The notes: generated from the letters alone by a model not told the origin. 32,000 bases of DNA from Alkanindiges illinoisensis DSM 15370 (GCF_000619845.1 NZ_JHUX01000003.1:850064-882063), one strand, 5' to 3'. Positions 1 through 11,172 are shown, counted from the first letter of the stretch. Numbers and translations: made by a program.

Positions 1-810
1 CACACTCACCACGGCCAGCACAAAAACAGGCGTAGCAATCAGCAGTGCAGGCAGGTTGGCATCGCGGGGATAATCCTGATACCAGTACACAAAACCAAAA
101 TAATACAGGCAGCTTAAAATCCCAATCAGGCTACAGGCCAGCGTAATGCCAGTTAGGTTAATCAGATTGAACCTGAACTGCTGCTGCTTGAGGCTAACAA
201 TTAAAAAACTAACCCCAAGCAATAATGTTTGCTGCACAATCAGGGCTGCTACGGCTGGAAAAATATAACTACCATAACCGCCCAGTGGATTGTATAGCGG
301 GTATTCATACAATGACAAACTGGGTTCAACATGCGCAGTTTGCAATAGCGGCGTGAGTTGCTCGGCAATTGATGCCTTGATACCACTGGCCAGTCCATTG
401 CCAATTTCCCGCGTGCGAATCAGGTAAGCCCCACTTAAATAAAGTGCCAGACCGCTATTTTGCCCACGCAGGACATTACTTTCCAAGTGTGAAGGAATCA
501 GGAAAATCGCATCAGCCTGTTGTTGTTTAATAAGTTGTTCAGCTTCGGCAAAATTGGCAGTTTGCTGAACAATATTTACCGCGCGCAAGGTGCTAACTTT
601 AGCAATAATATTACGGCTAAGCGGGCTTTGATCCTGGTCCACTACCACAATGGGTAGCTGGCTGGCGACCTGGCTGTGATACGCCGCTGGGTAGAAAAAG
701 CCATATAGCACCACTGCCAGAATGAGCGTGCTGGCAATAGGGCGCGTGGTCAGGATGGTTCTTAAGGTAAAAATAAAGGCCTGTATCACAGTCATATTGG
801 ATGGTGTCAT
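1..810 (-). CDS. ABC-2 type transporter permease, second paralogue (first 270 codons; gene continues past the left edge)
   Basis: Missing from the ORF track because it has no stop codon inside the window. The reverse frame from ATG 810..808 reads MTPSNMTVIQAFIFTLRTILTTRPIASTLILAVVLYGFFYPAAYHSQVASQLPIVVVDQDQSPLSRNIIAKV... and stays open to base 1. It parallels the upstream permease (HLPIVVVDQDHSAYSRQIIRNL). Its ATG overlaps the upstream TGA (ATGA at 807..810). Confidence 0.8.
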   Translation of the reverse strand, partial: MTPSNMTVIQAFIFTLRTILTTRPIASTLILAVVLYGFFYPAAYHSQVASQLPIVVVDQDQSPLSRNIIAKVSTLRAVNIVQQTANFAEAEQLIKQQQADAIFLIPSHLESNVLRGQNSGLALYLSGAYLIRTREIGNGLASGIKASIAEQLTPLLQTAHVEPSLSLYEYPLYNPLGGYGSYIFPAVAALIVQQTLLLGVSFLIVSLKQQQFRFNLINLTGITLACSLIGILSCLYYFGFVYWYQDYPRDANLPALLIATPVFVLAVVSV

Positions 811-1949
811 AAGCTGGCACTCACCATGGGGTTGCGCTTAAGCAGCAACAGGCTCAGCAGCAAAAATCCAATTACAAAGCCAACCAGAATCAGCAGGGGT
901 ATAAGGGATGTCTGCCATGGGGAGCCAATAATCCATTGCTGGGTTTGCAGCTTGGCATAGGCTGTAAATGGCAGGCTATTACTCCAGATGCGGGTAAAGA
1001 GCGGTGCGCCAATGGTTGGCAGGGTAACACCGGCATAGCTTAAGGAAGAGCCTGCATAAATTGCTACCATGGAAAGACCCGTATTAATGTCTTTGGCCAG
1101 CAATACAATCGTAGTAGCAAACAGGGCATAAGCCATGAACAGCAGGATTTGGCCTATTAACAACATCAGGACATTGCCTTGAATTGTCCAGCCTTGAACG
1201 CCAGACATCCAGACTGTCCACAAAAAGCACCACAGGCTAAAAATAATGATGTACGGCAACAATTTGCCCATAAGCAGACTAAAAATTGATGTAGCTGTTT
1301 TCGGATTTAAAAATTTTCTATCTGAACCATTGATAAAATCGCGTCCAATACTGGTAGCCACACAGCATGCCAGCAGCAAATGCAAAATGGCAGTAACTGC
1401 AAAAGGCTCTAAAAATAACTCATAACTCAGCTGCGGATTATAAAGGGCAGTGACCTGAATGGTTGGCAGGTTAAAGTCAATGGGTGGGATGCCCAACTGA
1501 CGAATCAGGGTTTGCTGCTGCTCGCGGTTTGCTGCGCTAACGGCACTGTTAATCCCGCCAGCAACGGTACTGGCAATGGAAAAAAACGCTTCATTAACAT
1601 AGCTGGCAATTTCAGGGCTTCGACCATGCATCAGATTGGCCTGTGCCTGTGCAGGAATATGAACGACTCCCCATGCCTTAAGCTGCTTTAAATGCTGTTC
1701 TGCCAATGGCATGGATGGCTCATAGGCATAAATCGACAATGCTGGCGTCGCTTGAAGGTTTCGAATGATCTGGCGGCTGTAGGCAGAGTGATCCTGATCA
1801 ACCACCACAATAGGCAAGTGATACGGCGAACCCTGTGACAACATGCTGGCCAGAAATATAATCACCAGTAAGGGTGCAAGCGTGACCAGGCTTAAATCCC
1901 AGTAGCTGTTTTTTAGAAAGTTTAGCTCGCGCCAGAATGCTGCCCACAT
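807..1949 (-). CDS. ABC-2 type transporter permease (YhhJ/YbhS-like)
   Basis: 380-aa ORF. It has one N-terminal TM helix (LVTLAPLLVIIFLASML), a large extracytoplasmic loop, then a cluster of C-terminal TM helices, which is the ABC-2 permease layout. It starts 27 nt after the HlyD-like stop. Confidence 0.85.
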   Translation of the reverse strand: MWAAFWRELNFLKNSYWDLSLVTLAPLLVIIFLASMLSQGSPYHLPIVVVDQDHSAYSRQIIRNLQATPALSIYAYEPSMPLAEQHLKQLKAWGVVHIPAQAQANLMHGRSPEIASYVNEAFFSIASTVAGGINSAVSAANREQQQTLIRQLGIPPIDFNLPTIQVTALYNPQLSYELFLEPFAVTAILHLLLACCVATSIGRDFINGSDRKFLNPKTATSIFSLLMGKLLPYIIIFSLWCFLWTVWMSGVQGWTIQGNVLMLLIGQILLFMAYALFATTIVLLAKDINTGLSMVAIYAGSSLSYAGVTLPTIGAPLFTRIWSNSLPFTAYAKLQTQQWIIGSPWQTSLIPLLILVGFVIGFLLLSLLLLKRNPMVSASL

Positions 1950-1976
1950 GACTGTTTACACCTGATTCGCCGTAAA

Positions 1977-3080
1977 CTAATGCGTACTGGCAGTTTGGGA
2001 TTGTGGCCAGTCAAATAGCACACTCATGCCCGGGCGCAAACCAGCCAGCGGTTGCAGACTTTTTAGTTTAATCTCGAAAGTACGTATGTCATAACCACTG
2101 GACTGACGGGTGGCTTTCCATGAGGCAAACGTACCTTGCGCGGCAATATGCGTGACTTGAAAAGCTACATTTTTCTGGTTAAGCGCCGGGATATCACCAT
2201 GCAAAATGCTGCCATGTTTAAGCTGGTTAAACTGGTCTTCACGCAGGTTAATACTAACCCACTGATTGCGTAGGTCAATCAGGGTATACAAGGGAATACC
2301 CGCAGGCACCAGTTCACCCACATTGGCAAACTTCTGGCTGACTTCGCTATCTTCCGGTGCTATCAGCTGCATTTCCTGATTGAGTGATTTGGCTTCAGCC
2401 ACGGCTGCTTCAGCAATTTTAACCTGTGCCTGTGCAGAGGAAAGCTGCTCAGGTGTGCTGCCACGTTCAGCCCGTAAATATTGCTGGTGTGCTGCTTCTG
2501 CAATTTGTGCCGATGAATTTTTGGCAGCTTGTGCTTCATCACGGCGCTGGCGGGAAATGACTCCTTCATTAAACAGATTTTGAGCACGCTGATAGGTCAC
2601 TCGTGCCAGTTCAGCTTGTGCCAGTGCGCTTTGCCAGTTTGCTTTTAAGGATGCAATATTTTCCTGCTGTGAGCCCCGTTCTGCAGTTTGTTCAAGTGCC
2701 CTGGCTGATTGTAATGCACCTTCTGCCTGCTGTTGTTTGGCCTGTAACTCGGGGCTGGTGAGAATGCCCAAAATCTGGCCCTTTTTAACGCTTGCACCTT
2801 CTTCTGCCATGAGCTGTTCAACCCGGCTAGGCACCTTGGTAGATACATTTAGCGTATTGGCTTCTACCATGCCCTGAATTTGCTGGGGTGCAGGTTTGTT
2901 GGTTAGCCACAGGCCCAACCCAACCATAGCAATTAAAAATACAATAATCAGGCTGCGAATGATGCGGGATTTTTTTGTTGATGAATTATCTGCAATTCCA
3001 TTAGCTGCACCAATTGACGAATCAGGATGGTTTTCCAGAATCTGATTATTTTGCTCAGGGGATTGGTTATTATCGTTCAT
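1977..3080 (-). CDS. HlyD-family membrane fusion (periplasmic adaptor) protein
   Basis: 367 aa. Anchor helix SLIIVFLIAMVGLGLWL, a long Ala/Gln-rich coiled-coil hairpin (AQAELARVTYQRAQNLFNEGVISRQRRDEAQ), and a C-terminal beta-rich part. Its ATG overlaps the TGA of the upstream OMF gene (ATGA at 3077..3080). Confidence 0.85.
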   Translation of the reverse strand: MNDNNQSPEQNNQILENHPDSSIGAANGIADNSSTKKSRIIRSLIIVFLIAMVGLGLWLTNKPAPQQIQGMVEANTLNVSTKVPSRVEQLMAEEGASVKKGQILGILTSPELQAKQQQAEGALQSARALEQTAERGSQQENIASLKANWQSALAQAELARVTYQRAQNLFNEGVISRQRRDEAQAAKNSSAQIAEAAHQQYLRAERGSTPEQLSSAQAQVKIAEAAVAEAKSLNQEMQLIAPEDSEVSQKFANVGELVPAGIPLYTLIDLRNQWVSINLREDQFNQLKHGSILHGDIPALNQKNVAFQVTHIAAQGTFASWKATRQSSGYDIRTFEIKLKSLQPLAGLRPGMSVLFDWPQSQTASTH

Positions 3081-4771
3081 TTTTTTATCCTGTGGTTGTT
3101 CGCTGGTGGTAAAGCAAAACTAAAGGCTTGACTAAAGTCAGGAACAGGCTGGACTTTTAGTAATGAGTCAGTGTTGATCACGCTTGAAAATTGTCCAGCC
3201 TGGCCCAATGCAGTCAAAAGAGTAACCAGTGCCATATCATAACGATAGGCTGCGGTTGCCTGATCGGTATAGGTAAGTGTTAAGGCATTAACTGCGTCAT
3301 TCACAAAGGTTGCGGTGGTTTCACCTTCCCGGAAAGACAATTGTTGCACGCGAAGGTTTTCCTGTGCTGCGGTAATGCTGGTTTGCATGCTCAAAAATGC
3401 CTTGCGCGCATTTTCAGCTTCATAATAGCCTCGGCGTACCAGTTGTTGAATGTCCTGTTGCGCCTGTTGTTGTAAGGCTTGAGTTGCATCCTGACGCGCC
3501 TGTGCTGCATTCACCAGTTTCTTGCGATCAGTATTTGCCAGCAAGGTATAGTGCGCGCCAACCCCAACCAGCCAGTCATTTTTATTTAAGGTCTGCTGGC
3601 CAAACACATAGGCACTAGGCAATAAACTGGCTTTGGCCACTTGTACGGCTTCTGAGGCCAGTTGCTGGTCTTTTTGCAGTTGTGCCAGTTGCGGTGACTG
3701 TTGACTGATCTGCGCCAGATAAAAATCCAGTGGCTGCAAGGGTGCCGCCTGCACAAAAAGCGGTGTGGTGAGCTGGGGCAGTTCCGGCTGTTGCAATAAT
3801 TGTTGTAAATACTGGCGCGAGACATATTCATTGCTGCTGGCCTGATCATACTGGCGCTGGGCGGCCTGCGTTGCCACTTCAACCTGCAGGCGCTGCGAAC
3901 GGCTAATCATGCCTTGCTGTCCGAGTTGCCGGGCATTGTTCAGGTGCTGTTGCAGGGCATTCAGGTTTTGTGCTGCAGCCTGAGCCAGACATTTTGCCAG
4001 TTGCTGGCCAAAATAGGCTTCGGCCAGTTTGAGGGTTTGCTGATCCTGGACTTGCTGGTGATTCAGCTGTGCTTTTTCATAACCAAGGTGCGCAATATTT
4101 TGTGCCGCCTGAATGCTGCCACCGGCATAAATCGGCATAACGGCCGAAATGGTCGGGCGAAACAGCTTGTCATTAATCACCACATTGCTTGAATTGGGAA
4201 TCTGGTCAAACAGACCTGAAACAGCCGTTGAAAAACGATTGCTTAAAAAATTGCTCACATTGTCCGGCAAAGGCACGGGCAGATTATTCAAGGACTGGGC
4301 AAAAGCCTGATTGGCAGCATTTTCACCGGTAGCCTTGACATCACTCAGGGGAATATCAACTTCGGTGCGGTATTTAATGGCATTGGCATCAAGGCTAATC
4401 ACAGGCCGCCATAATTGTGCATTGGCTTCGGCCTGATTTTGTGCGGCTGCCAGATTGGCAGTGCTGGCCTGTACGGCATAAGCGTTTTGCTTGAGAAACT
4501 GTTCAGCCTGACTAAAACTTAAAGAACCAGTGGATACACTGGCGTTTGAAAATGCAGGTAAAATTGTCGGGTCTGCCAGATTTTGTGGCTGATTGTTGTG
4601 TTGCTGATTGCTATAGTATTGAGAGCGTGATTCGAGATCCTGCAGAAAAGTGCTTTGCTGCAAACCCGTAGTGGTGGCTGCTCCTGCAACAGCCTGCCAT
4701 TGACTGCAAACCAGCATTGCTGTGGCAAAGGAACGCGATACTAAAAAAGTTTTTTTTAAGGTCATAGGCAT
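3077..4771 (-). CDS. TolC-family outer membrane efflux channel (OMF), unusually long and Gln-rich
   Basis: 564 aa. Signal-peptide-like N-terminus (AMLVCSQWQAVAGA) and two blocks of long Gln/Ala-rich helices alternating with beta segments, as in TolC/OprM-type proteins. First gene of the operon. ATG 4765 is an alternative start. Confidence 0.75.
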   Translation of the reverse strand: MPMTLKKTFLVSRSFATAMLVCSQWQAVAGAATTTGLQQSTFLQDLESRSQYYSNQQHNNQPQNLADPTILPAFSNASVSTGSLSFSQAEQFLKQNAYAVQASTANLAAAQNQAEANAQLWRPVISLDANAIKYRTEVDIPLSDVKATGENAANQAFAQSLNNLPVPLPDNVSNFLSNRFSTAVSGLFDQIPNSSNVVINDKLFRPTISAVMPIYAGGSIQAAQNIAHLGYEKAQLNHQQVQDQQTLKLAEAYFGQQLAKCLAQAAAQNLNALQQHLNNARQLGQQGMISRSQRLQVEVATQAAQRQYDQASSNEYVSRQYLQQLLQQPELPQLTTPLFVQAAPLQPLDFYLAQISQQSPQLAQLQKDQQLASEAVQVAKASLLPSAYVFGQQTLNKNDWLVGVGAHYTLLANTDRKKLVNAAQARQDATQALQQQAQQDIQQLVRRGYYEAENARKAFLSMQTSITAAQENLRVQQLSFREGETTATFVNDAVNALTLTYTDQATAAYRYDMALVTLLTALGQAGQFSSVINTDSLLKVQPVPDFSQAFSFALPPANNHRIKK

Positions 4772-4976
4772 ATTTGTGCGATCTGCTTTTAGGGCCTGAG
4801 CGAATGATTGGGCATTGCCTCAACCTCTGGCTAAACACATGATGCTTTTTCAGAATTAAAGCCTATTTTAGCGATCAATCTAAAGTAATTGATTGTAAAA
4901 CTTAATCAAACAGGCGAATTTGCAGTCATCAATGTACTTTTAAATTTAGATTATTATTAAAAACCATACGTCCAAT

Positions 4977-5010
4977 AATAAAAAATCCTGCGGCTCTGGC
5001 AGGATTTTTA
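4977..5010 (-). terminator. Rho-independent terminator downstream of dapC
   Basis: Stem aaaaatcctgc (4981..4991) pairs with gcaggattttt (4999..5009) around a 7-nt loop. On the minus strand it is followed by a T run (ttttttatt). Confidence 0.7.
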
Positions 5011-5090
5011 GCAGATCTAGTAGCTTAAAAACTTCATCTGTTATAGACAAAGAAACCAGATAAGTTAATTAAAATGACTGGACATTGTCA

Positions 5091-6260
5091 TTACAAAATC
5101 TGTTTTAAGCGTTCAATTACTTGTTCACACTGGTTCATATCAGCCACCAGTGCCATACGCACATGATTTTGTCCCGGATTACCCGAAGCTGTTTCACGCG
5201 ATAAATAGCGCCCCGGTAACACGGTAATATTGGCTTTTTCATATAAATGACGGGCAAAACGCTCATCATCATCCACCTTGAGCCAGAAATAAAAACCTGC
5301 ATCCGGTTTTTGCAATGGAAGTAACTGGCCTAATTCATTAAGGAATAAATCAAATTTCTGGCGATACAGCTGGCGATTTTGTTCCACATGCGTTTCATCC
5401 TGCCAAGCCACGATGGAGGCCAGCTGATGCTGTACCGGCATGGCAGCACCATGATAAGTACGATATTTTAAATAACTGTCCAGAATTCTGGCATCACCCG
5501 CCACAAAACCGGAGCGCAGACCCGGCAGGTTGGAGCGTTTGGACAGTGAATGAAATACCACGCAATTTTTATAATCGTGGCGGCCTAGTTCAGCACAGGC
5601 TTGCAGTAGGCCGGTTGGCGCTTCATCAAAATACAGTTCGGAATAACACTCATCCGAGGCAATAATAAAATCATGCTGATCCGACAGAACAATCAGTTTT
5701 TTAAGCTGATCCATTGGAATAACCGCACCAGTAGGATTACCGGGTGTGCATAAAAATAACAACTGGGTTTGCTGCCAGACGCTTGCTGGAATCTCATCCA
5801 GATTGCCCAGATAGTTATTTTCCGGCGTGCAATTATAAAAATACGGGGTAGCACCTGCCAGAATACTGGCACCTTCATAAATCTGGTAAAACGGATTGGG
5901 CATCACCACATAGGGGTTCTGGTTGCGGTTAATAGTCGCCTGCACAAAGGAAAACAGGGCTTCACGCGTGCCACTCACAGGCAAAACCTGTGTTTCTGCA
6001 TCGATCGCCTGTAACCCAAAACGCTGCTTTAACCAGTCGGCAATTGCCAAGCGCAAGGCAAGTAAACCCTTACTGGTGGGATAAGTCGACAAGTGTTGCA
6101 GTGATTCAATCAGTTTTTGCTTAACAAACTCAGGGGCCTGATGTTTGGGTTCGCCAATGGACAGTGAAATATTCGGTAAGTCAGTGGCTTTAAGGTCTGC
6201 AAAAAGTCTGGCCAGCTTTTCAAATGGATAAGGATGCAGGTGGTTAATGGCAGGATTCAT
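5091..6260 (-). CDS. dapC: Succinyldiaminopimelate transaminase (class I/II aminotransferase, DapC type)
   Basis: 389 aa. PLP-lysine segment SLSKRSNLPGLRSGF. The N-terminus MNPAINHLHPYPFEKLARLF is typical of proteobacterial DapC. It lies directly downstream of glnD, a conserved arrangement. Confidence 0.65.
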   Translation of the reverse strand: MNPAINHLHPYPFEKLARLFADLKATDLPNISLSIGEPKHQAPEFVKQKLIESLQHLSTYPTSKGLLALRLAIADWLKQRFGLQAIDAETQVLPVSGTREALFSFVQATINRNQNPYVVMPNPFYQIYEGASILAGATPYFYNCTPENNYLGNLDEIPASVWQQTQLLFLCTPGNPTGAVIPMDQLKKLIVLSDQHDFIIASDECYSELYFDEAPTGLLQACAELGRHDYKNCVVFHSLSKRSNLPGLRSGFVAGDARILDSYLKYRTYHGAAMPVQHQLASIVAWQDETHVEQNRQLYRQKFDLFLNELGQLLPLQKPDAGFYFWLKVDDDERFARHLYEKANITVLPGRYLSRETASGNPGQNHVRMALVADMNQCEQVIERLKQIL

Positions 6261-6409
6261 CGTGCTGTTCTCATTGCGATGCTTAAAAGGTTAAAACAAT
6301 AAATTTTAAAAAATGGACTTTTGTACTTCTCAAAATCCGTACCCGTGATGCTGAGCACCAATTCTCAAGCATCAGGTTGTGAAAAAATATGGTTGTGGTT
6401 TAAATGGCT

Positions 6410-9088
6410 TTACTGGACCACAGAAACCACCTGCGATGCTTCATCCAGCGCCAGTTGAAGCTTGTGACCAAAAGCTTTGGATTCTTCATTACTCATGGGA
6501 ATGCCATCGCGTTTGGTAACATAAAAGCTGTCTTCCGCGCGCTCACCCAGTGTGGCAATCCGGGCAGAATGAATGTCCAGTCCCTGCATCATAAACAGGC
6601 CGCCAATCTTGGCCAGTAATCCCGGCTGATCCAGTGTCATAATTTCCACAATATTTTGCTGTAGAGCCGTATTTAATTGAATCGTTACTTCCGTTTGTAC
6701 CGCAAAATGCCGTAATTGTCGTGGAATACGGCGTTCTAGCAGGGTTGGGAATTCTTCCGGTCTGGACAGGGCATTGGTGAGGGCATAAATCACCTGAGCC
6801 TGTCGGTCGGTATCGGACAATAAGGTGCCAAAACGATCCAGCACAATATAGGTATCCAGAGAAAACGCCTTGGCAGCCGTGATAATGCGTGCATCCTGTA
6901 CGTTGAGATCCATTTGATCCATAACGGCGACGCTGGCCGCAAACAGGTTGGGCAGGTCACGGGTATAAATAAAGATTTCGGCGGTGTCGATGGCCAGCTT
7001 GCGATGCTCACGAATCAATACCAGTGGATCAGGGTTGTCGCCGTGCTCAATCATGGCTTGCGTATGCCAGACCACTTCATCCGCACGTTCCTTAAGGAAA
7101 TAATCATCACCCATTTCACGCCAGATTTTTTCAATATCTTCGTAAGTGTACTGGTTGCTTAAGGTTTGCATGGCTTCAAATTTGGTATCATCAATGATGA
7201 GTTGATGATCCACTGGCCGATCCAGTCCGCTACGAATGGTGTCACGCGCCTGCGTATACAACTGGCGCATCAGTGAAGCACGCCATGAATTCCACAGTTT
7301 GGGATTGGTGGCATTAATATCAGCCACAGTCAGGCTATACAGGTAATCCAGGTGCACCATATCGCCCATGTGATCAGCAAAGCCCTTGACTACGTCCGGG
7401 TCTGAAATGTCTTTCTTTTGTGAGGTAATGGACATCACCAGATGATTGCGGGTGAGCCATGCCACAATTTTTCCTTCACGGTCTGTCAGGCCATGATTAC
7501 GGCAAAATTCAATGGCATCCTCTGCACCCAGTTCACTGTGATCACCCCCGCGACCTTTGGCAATATCATGGAAAATTGCAGCCAGATACACGATTTCCTT
7601 GCGATCAAGGCGCTGGAATACCGAGCTCACCACCGGATAATCCTTGGCAAATTCCGGTTTGCCAAAACGGCGCAGGTTGCGAATGAGCAGCAGGGTGTGT
7701 GCATCCACAGTATAAATATGGAACAGGTCATACTGCATCAGGCCAATAATCTGGCCAAAAGCAGGAATGTACTTGCCCAGCACGCCGTAGCGTTTCATGG
7801 CATGCAGGGTTTCATACAGGTTATGCGGTGCACGCAGAATGGCCATAAACATGGCGCGATGTACCGGATTGGCCCGGAAATTATCATCAATACTTTTGGC
7901 AGCCAGCATCAGTAAGCGTAAGGTTTTGGCGCGGATACCAGTAATTTCAACCTGGCTTGCCATAATATAAAACAGCTCCAGCAGTGCGCTGGGCGTTTCA
8001 GAAAAAACCCGGTGATGCGTGACGGCAATCTTGCCGCCAATCATGTCAAACCGTTCATTGATATTGCTTTTATGCGGCTTTTCTTCATCGGTGAGACGGG
8101 GTTCAATCACTGATTCAAAGAAATAGGCCAGCAGCATTTCATTTAAGGTTGAAACTTTCATGGCCACCCGGTAATAGGTTTTCATGAATTGTTCTACGGC
8201 ATGATTAGGCGCATCATCTTCCTGCTGGATATACCCCAAACGTGCTGCAACTTCACGCTGGTAATCAAACAGCAGGCGGTTTTCATCACGTCCGGCAATG
8301 CGGTGTAACTGGTAACGCACTTGCCATAAAAAGTCTTCAGCAGCTTCAAGCTCACGGAGCTCAAATTCACTAATAAAACCTAAGTGAACCAGGTCATACA
8401 CCCGAACCACGCGAAAATGCCGTTTGGCAATCCAGCCAATCTGGTTGAGATCACGCAGGCCACCGGGGGCATTTTTAACATCCGGCTCAAGGTTACTTTC
8501 AGTGTTGTTGTGCTGGGCATAGCGACGTTGCTGCTCCAGCATTTTTTCCTGAAAAAAAGTCTTGTCTGTCCATGCGGTAGACACAATCTGGCGTGGTTTT
8601 TTGGCCAGTTGCTCATCACCAGCTACCAGTCTGGATTCCACCAGGGTGGTGGCGACGGTAATATCCTGCGCGGCTTCCAGACATTCGGTTAGGGAGCGCA
8701 CACTAATACCCGGTTTAAAGCCGGTATCCCATAAGCTGGATACAAAGCCGGAAATTTTTTCACCTAACTCCGGTTCGATCTCATGCCGGCTTAAAATCAG
8801 GATATCTACATCAGAATAGGGCAGCATTTCACTGCGTCCATAGCCACCCACGGCCAGCAGCGCTAAATTCTCGCTGGGCAATGCATGTTGCTGCCATAGC
8901 AGCCTGAGCATGTCATCAATGGCTTGCGCGCGTGCATGCACAATATCCCGAATCTTTTCTCCGCTTGCCAGTAACTCATCAAGCTGCTGGTCCAGCATTT
9001 TGCGCCATTCAATCAGGGCGCGGGCCTGGCCCTGTTCCTTGATGGAAGGTTGCTCAATAAACGCCTGGGGAGAAATTGTTGCGAGCAT
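6410..9088 (-). CDS. glnD: Bifunctional [protein-PII] uridylyltransferase / uridylyl-removing enzyme
   Basis: 892 aa. Nucleotidyltransferase motif [25 protein letters not shown] domain [20 protein letters not shown], and two C-terminal ACT-like repeats. Confidence 0.92.
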   Translation of the reverse strand: MLATISPQAFIEQPSIKEQGQARALIEWRKMLDQQLDELLASGEKIRDIVHARAQAIDDMLRLLWQQHALPSENLALLAVGGYGRSEMLPYSDVDILILSRHEIEPELGEKISGFVSSLWDTGFKPGISVRSLTECLEAAQDITVATTLVESRLVAGDEQLAKKPRQIVSTAWTDKTFFQEKMLEQQRRYAQHNNTESNLEPDVKNAPGGLRDLNQIGWIAKRHFRVVRVYDLVHLGFISEFELRELEAAEDFLWQVRYQLHRIAGRDENRLLFDYQREVAARLGYIQQEDDAPNHAVEQFMKTYYRVAMKVSTLNEMLLAYFFESVIEPRLTDEEKPHKSNINERFDMIGGKIAVTHHRVFSETPSALLELFYIMASQVEITGIRAKTLRLLMLAAKSIDDNFRANPVHRAMFMAILRAPHNLYETLHAMKRYGVLGKYIPAFGQIIGLMQYDLFHIYTVDAHTLLLIRNLRRFGKPEFAKDYPVVSSVFQRLDRKEIVYLAAIFHDIAKGRGGDHSELGAEDAIEFCRNHGLTDREGKIVAWLTRNHLVMSITSQKKDISDPDVVKGFADHMGDMVHLDYLYSLTVADINATNPKLWNSWRASLMRQLYTQARDTIRSGLDRPVDHQLIIDDTKFEAMQTLSNQYTYEDIEKIWREMGDDYFLKERADEVVWHTQAMIEHGDNPDPLVLIREHRKLAIDTAEIFIYTRDLPNLFAASVAVMDQMDLNVQDARIITAAKAFSLDTYIVLDRFGTLLSDTDRQAQVIYALTNALSRPEEFPTLLERRIPRQLRHFAVQTEVTIQLNTALQQNIVEIMTLDQPGLLAKIGGLFMMQGLDIHSARIATLGERAEDSFYVTKRDGIPMSNEESKAFGHKLQLALDEASQVVSVVQ

Positions 9089-9195
9089 AAAAGTACCTGA
9101 GTTAAACCAGAAAAGCCATTAAACCAAATTGTGGGAAACAAGCAGCACAATTAAATAGTAAAAACCAAATAGCAAAAAACACGCCAGTACTTGCC

Positions 9196-10416
9196 CTAGT
9201 TAGCAGCAGGCGTATTGGAAATAACCGTTACGCTGGATGCCACCTCGTAAGCTAGCTTGCGTGCTGTGTCGGTATCTTCGGCATAAACCGTAGCAACGCC
9301 CATACGACGGCGGGCAAAACCTTCTGGCTTGCCAAACAGGCGCAAGTCCGAGCCCTTAATGCTTAGTGCTTTTTCAAGATTACCAAAGGACAGGTTGGAT
9401 TCATCACGACCCGCATAAATCACGGCACTGGCAGCAGCACTGTGACGGGTAGTATCTACTGGCAGGCCCAAAATGGCGCGGGCATGTAGCTCAAATTCAC
9501 TTTGGCACTGGCTGGCTAATGTCACCAAACCCGTATCATGCGGGCGCGGCGACACTTCACTAAACCAGACCATATCGCCTTTAATAAACAGCTCTACACC
9601 AAACAAACCACAACCACCCAGATTACGGGTAACGGTATCGGCAATATAGCGGGCATTGCTGAGCGCCTTGTCAGTCATCAGTTGCGGCTGCCAGCTTTCT
9701 ACATAATCACCAGCTTCCTGACGGTGGCCAATCGGGTCGCAAAAATGGGTTTCAATAGCACCAGTTTCGGCATTTTTGGCGCGTACTGTTAGCAGGGTAA
9801 TTTCAAAGTCAAAATTAATTTGTCCTTCTACAATCACCTTGCCCTGATTTACACGGCCACCCTGCATGGCATATTCCCATGCTGCATCCACCTGATCATA
9901 ACTGGTCACGCGCGACTGGCCCTTGCCACTGGAAGACATCACAGGCTTGACAAAGCATGGATAACCAATGTCATCACAGGCGGCACGAAAGCTGTCCAGA
10001 TTGTCGGCAAAGCGATAGGACGACGTTGGCAGGCCAAGTGTTTCAGCAGCAAGGCGACGAATACCTTCACGATTCATGGTCAGGTTGGCTGCCTTGGCAG
10101 AAGGAATGACTACTGCCTGACCTTTTTCCTCTACTTCCAGTAACAGATCAGTGGCAATGGCTTCAATTTCCGGCACAATCAGGTGCGGTTGAACTTCATC
10201 GATTAGCGCCTGCAATTCATTGCGGTCTGCCATATTCAGCACCCAGCTGTGATGGGCAACCTGCATGGCTGGCGCATTGGCATAACGGTCGGCAGCAAAT
10301 ACTTCGACACCAAAGCGTTGCAGGGCAATGGCCACTTCTTTCCCAAGTTCACCAGAACCCAGCATTAACACACGAAACGCTGAAGATTGTAACGGGGTGC
10401 CAAGGGTAACAGTCAT
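9196..10416 (-). CDS. purT: Formate-dependent phosphoribosylglycinamide formyltransferase (GAR transformylase 2)
   Basis: 406 aa ATP-grasp protein. N-terminus [25 protein letters not shown], collinear with PurT along its length. GGAG lies 7 nt upstream of the ATG. Confidence 0.9.
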   Translation of the reverse strand: MTVTLGTPLQSSAFRVLMLGSGELGKEVAIALQRFGVEVFAADRYANAPAMQVAHHSWVLNMADRNELQALIDEVQPHLIVPEIEAIATDLLLEVEEKGQAVVIPSAKAANLTMNREGIRRLAAETLGLPTSSYRFADNLDSFRAACDDIGYPCFVKPVMSSSGKGQSRVTSYDQVDAAWEYAMQGGRVNQGKVIVEGQINFDFEITLLTVRAKNAETGAIETHFCDPIGHRQEAGDYVESWQPQLMTDKALSNARYIADTVTRNLGGCGLFGVELFIKGDMVWFSEVSPRPHDTGLVTLASQCQSEFELHARAILGLPVDTTRHSAAASAVIYAGRDESNLSFGNLEKALSIKGSDLRLFGKPEGFARRRMGVATVYAEDTDTARKLAYEVASSVTVISNTPAAN

Positions 10417-10698
10417 TGCATGCTCCAGAACAACAATAGAAAAGAAGAAATCAGAAAGTGAAAATCAGAAAGCAATTAGGCAAAAATCATAGCATAGCAG
10501 ATTAGCGTTAAAACCGTCTTTCACTGTAAAAAAAGTATTGGGAGCAAGGCCAAAAAAATGCTATCAATTCAATGCCTGCACAATACAACATAGAATCCTT
10601 TAAAGTTTTACTGGTTTTTTCGTACAATATGTCCAGTTCTTTTGGCAGTGCAGGCGGCAAACACAGTGATTGAAAGTAGCAAGGTAATAAAAGATAGA

Positions 10699-11172
10699 GT
10701 GATAAAAAACAGATTGCAGGCTGGGTTAGCAATTTCTTTAAGCGTTGGTCTTTTAAGCCTCACTCTGGCAGCCTGTAACCAGTCTGGGCAGGAAGGGCAG
10801 CACAAGCGTGAAATCAAGCCCGCTGTTAAATTATCAACCGATGCCTCGCATATTGCCCAGCAAACCTATCAGTTCATATTAAAGACCGAGCCTGTGCTAA
10901 CGGCGCAGCCTGTTGATGTTAGCCAGCTAGACGCACAGGTTTTTCAGCCCATCAGGCAGTTGTTGTTACGCTGGAATACCGAAGTCAAGCAGTCCGATAG
11001 CGTGGTGGGCGATCAATACACCATTTGTCGTGGCGCGCTGATTTCACTGGATAGCTGGGCCAGAAGCATCCAGAATCAAATCCCCGGTCAGGCTGACAAG
11101 CAAGCTATTTTTGAAAAGCAAAAAAGTCTGTGCGAAAAGGTTCTGCAAAACCCAATACAGCAGCCCCAGTAA
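10699..11172 (+). CDS. Hypothetical lipoprotein
   Basis: The track ORF starts at ATG 10642. An in-frame GTG at 10699 gives a classical lipoprotein signal: (M)IKNRLQAGLAISLSVGLLSLTLAAC with lipobox L-A-A-C. I recognise no family. Its stop TAA (11170..11172) abuts the earP ATG. Confidence 0.6.
   Translation: MIKNRLQAGLAISLSVGLLSLTLAACNQSGQEGQHKREIKPAVKLSTDASHIAQQTYQFILKTEPVLTAQPVDVSQLDAQVFQPIRQLLLRWNTEVKQSDSVVGDQYTICRGALISLDSWARSIQNQIPGQADKQAIFEKQKSLCEKVLQNPIQQPQ

Noticed and set aside
617-820. 67-aa minus-strand ORF from the track
   Set aside because: It is out of frame with, and fully inside, the much longer open frame that starts at ATG 810 and encodes a clear ABC-2 permease paralogue. Its product is low-complexity and unlike any protein family.
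9127-9152. 7-bp inverted repeat aattgtg/cacaatt between purT and glnD as a purT terminator
   Set aside because: The stem is short and AT-rich with a 12-nt loop and only a weak T tract, which is too marginal to annotate.
10508-10817. Minus-strand ORFs of 69-74 aa in the purT/lipoprotein divergent region
   Set aside because: They overlap the better-supported plus-strand lipoprotein gene or its promoter region, lack an RBS, and have Cys/Leu-rich nonsense-like products.
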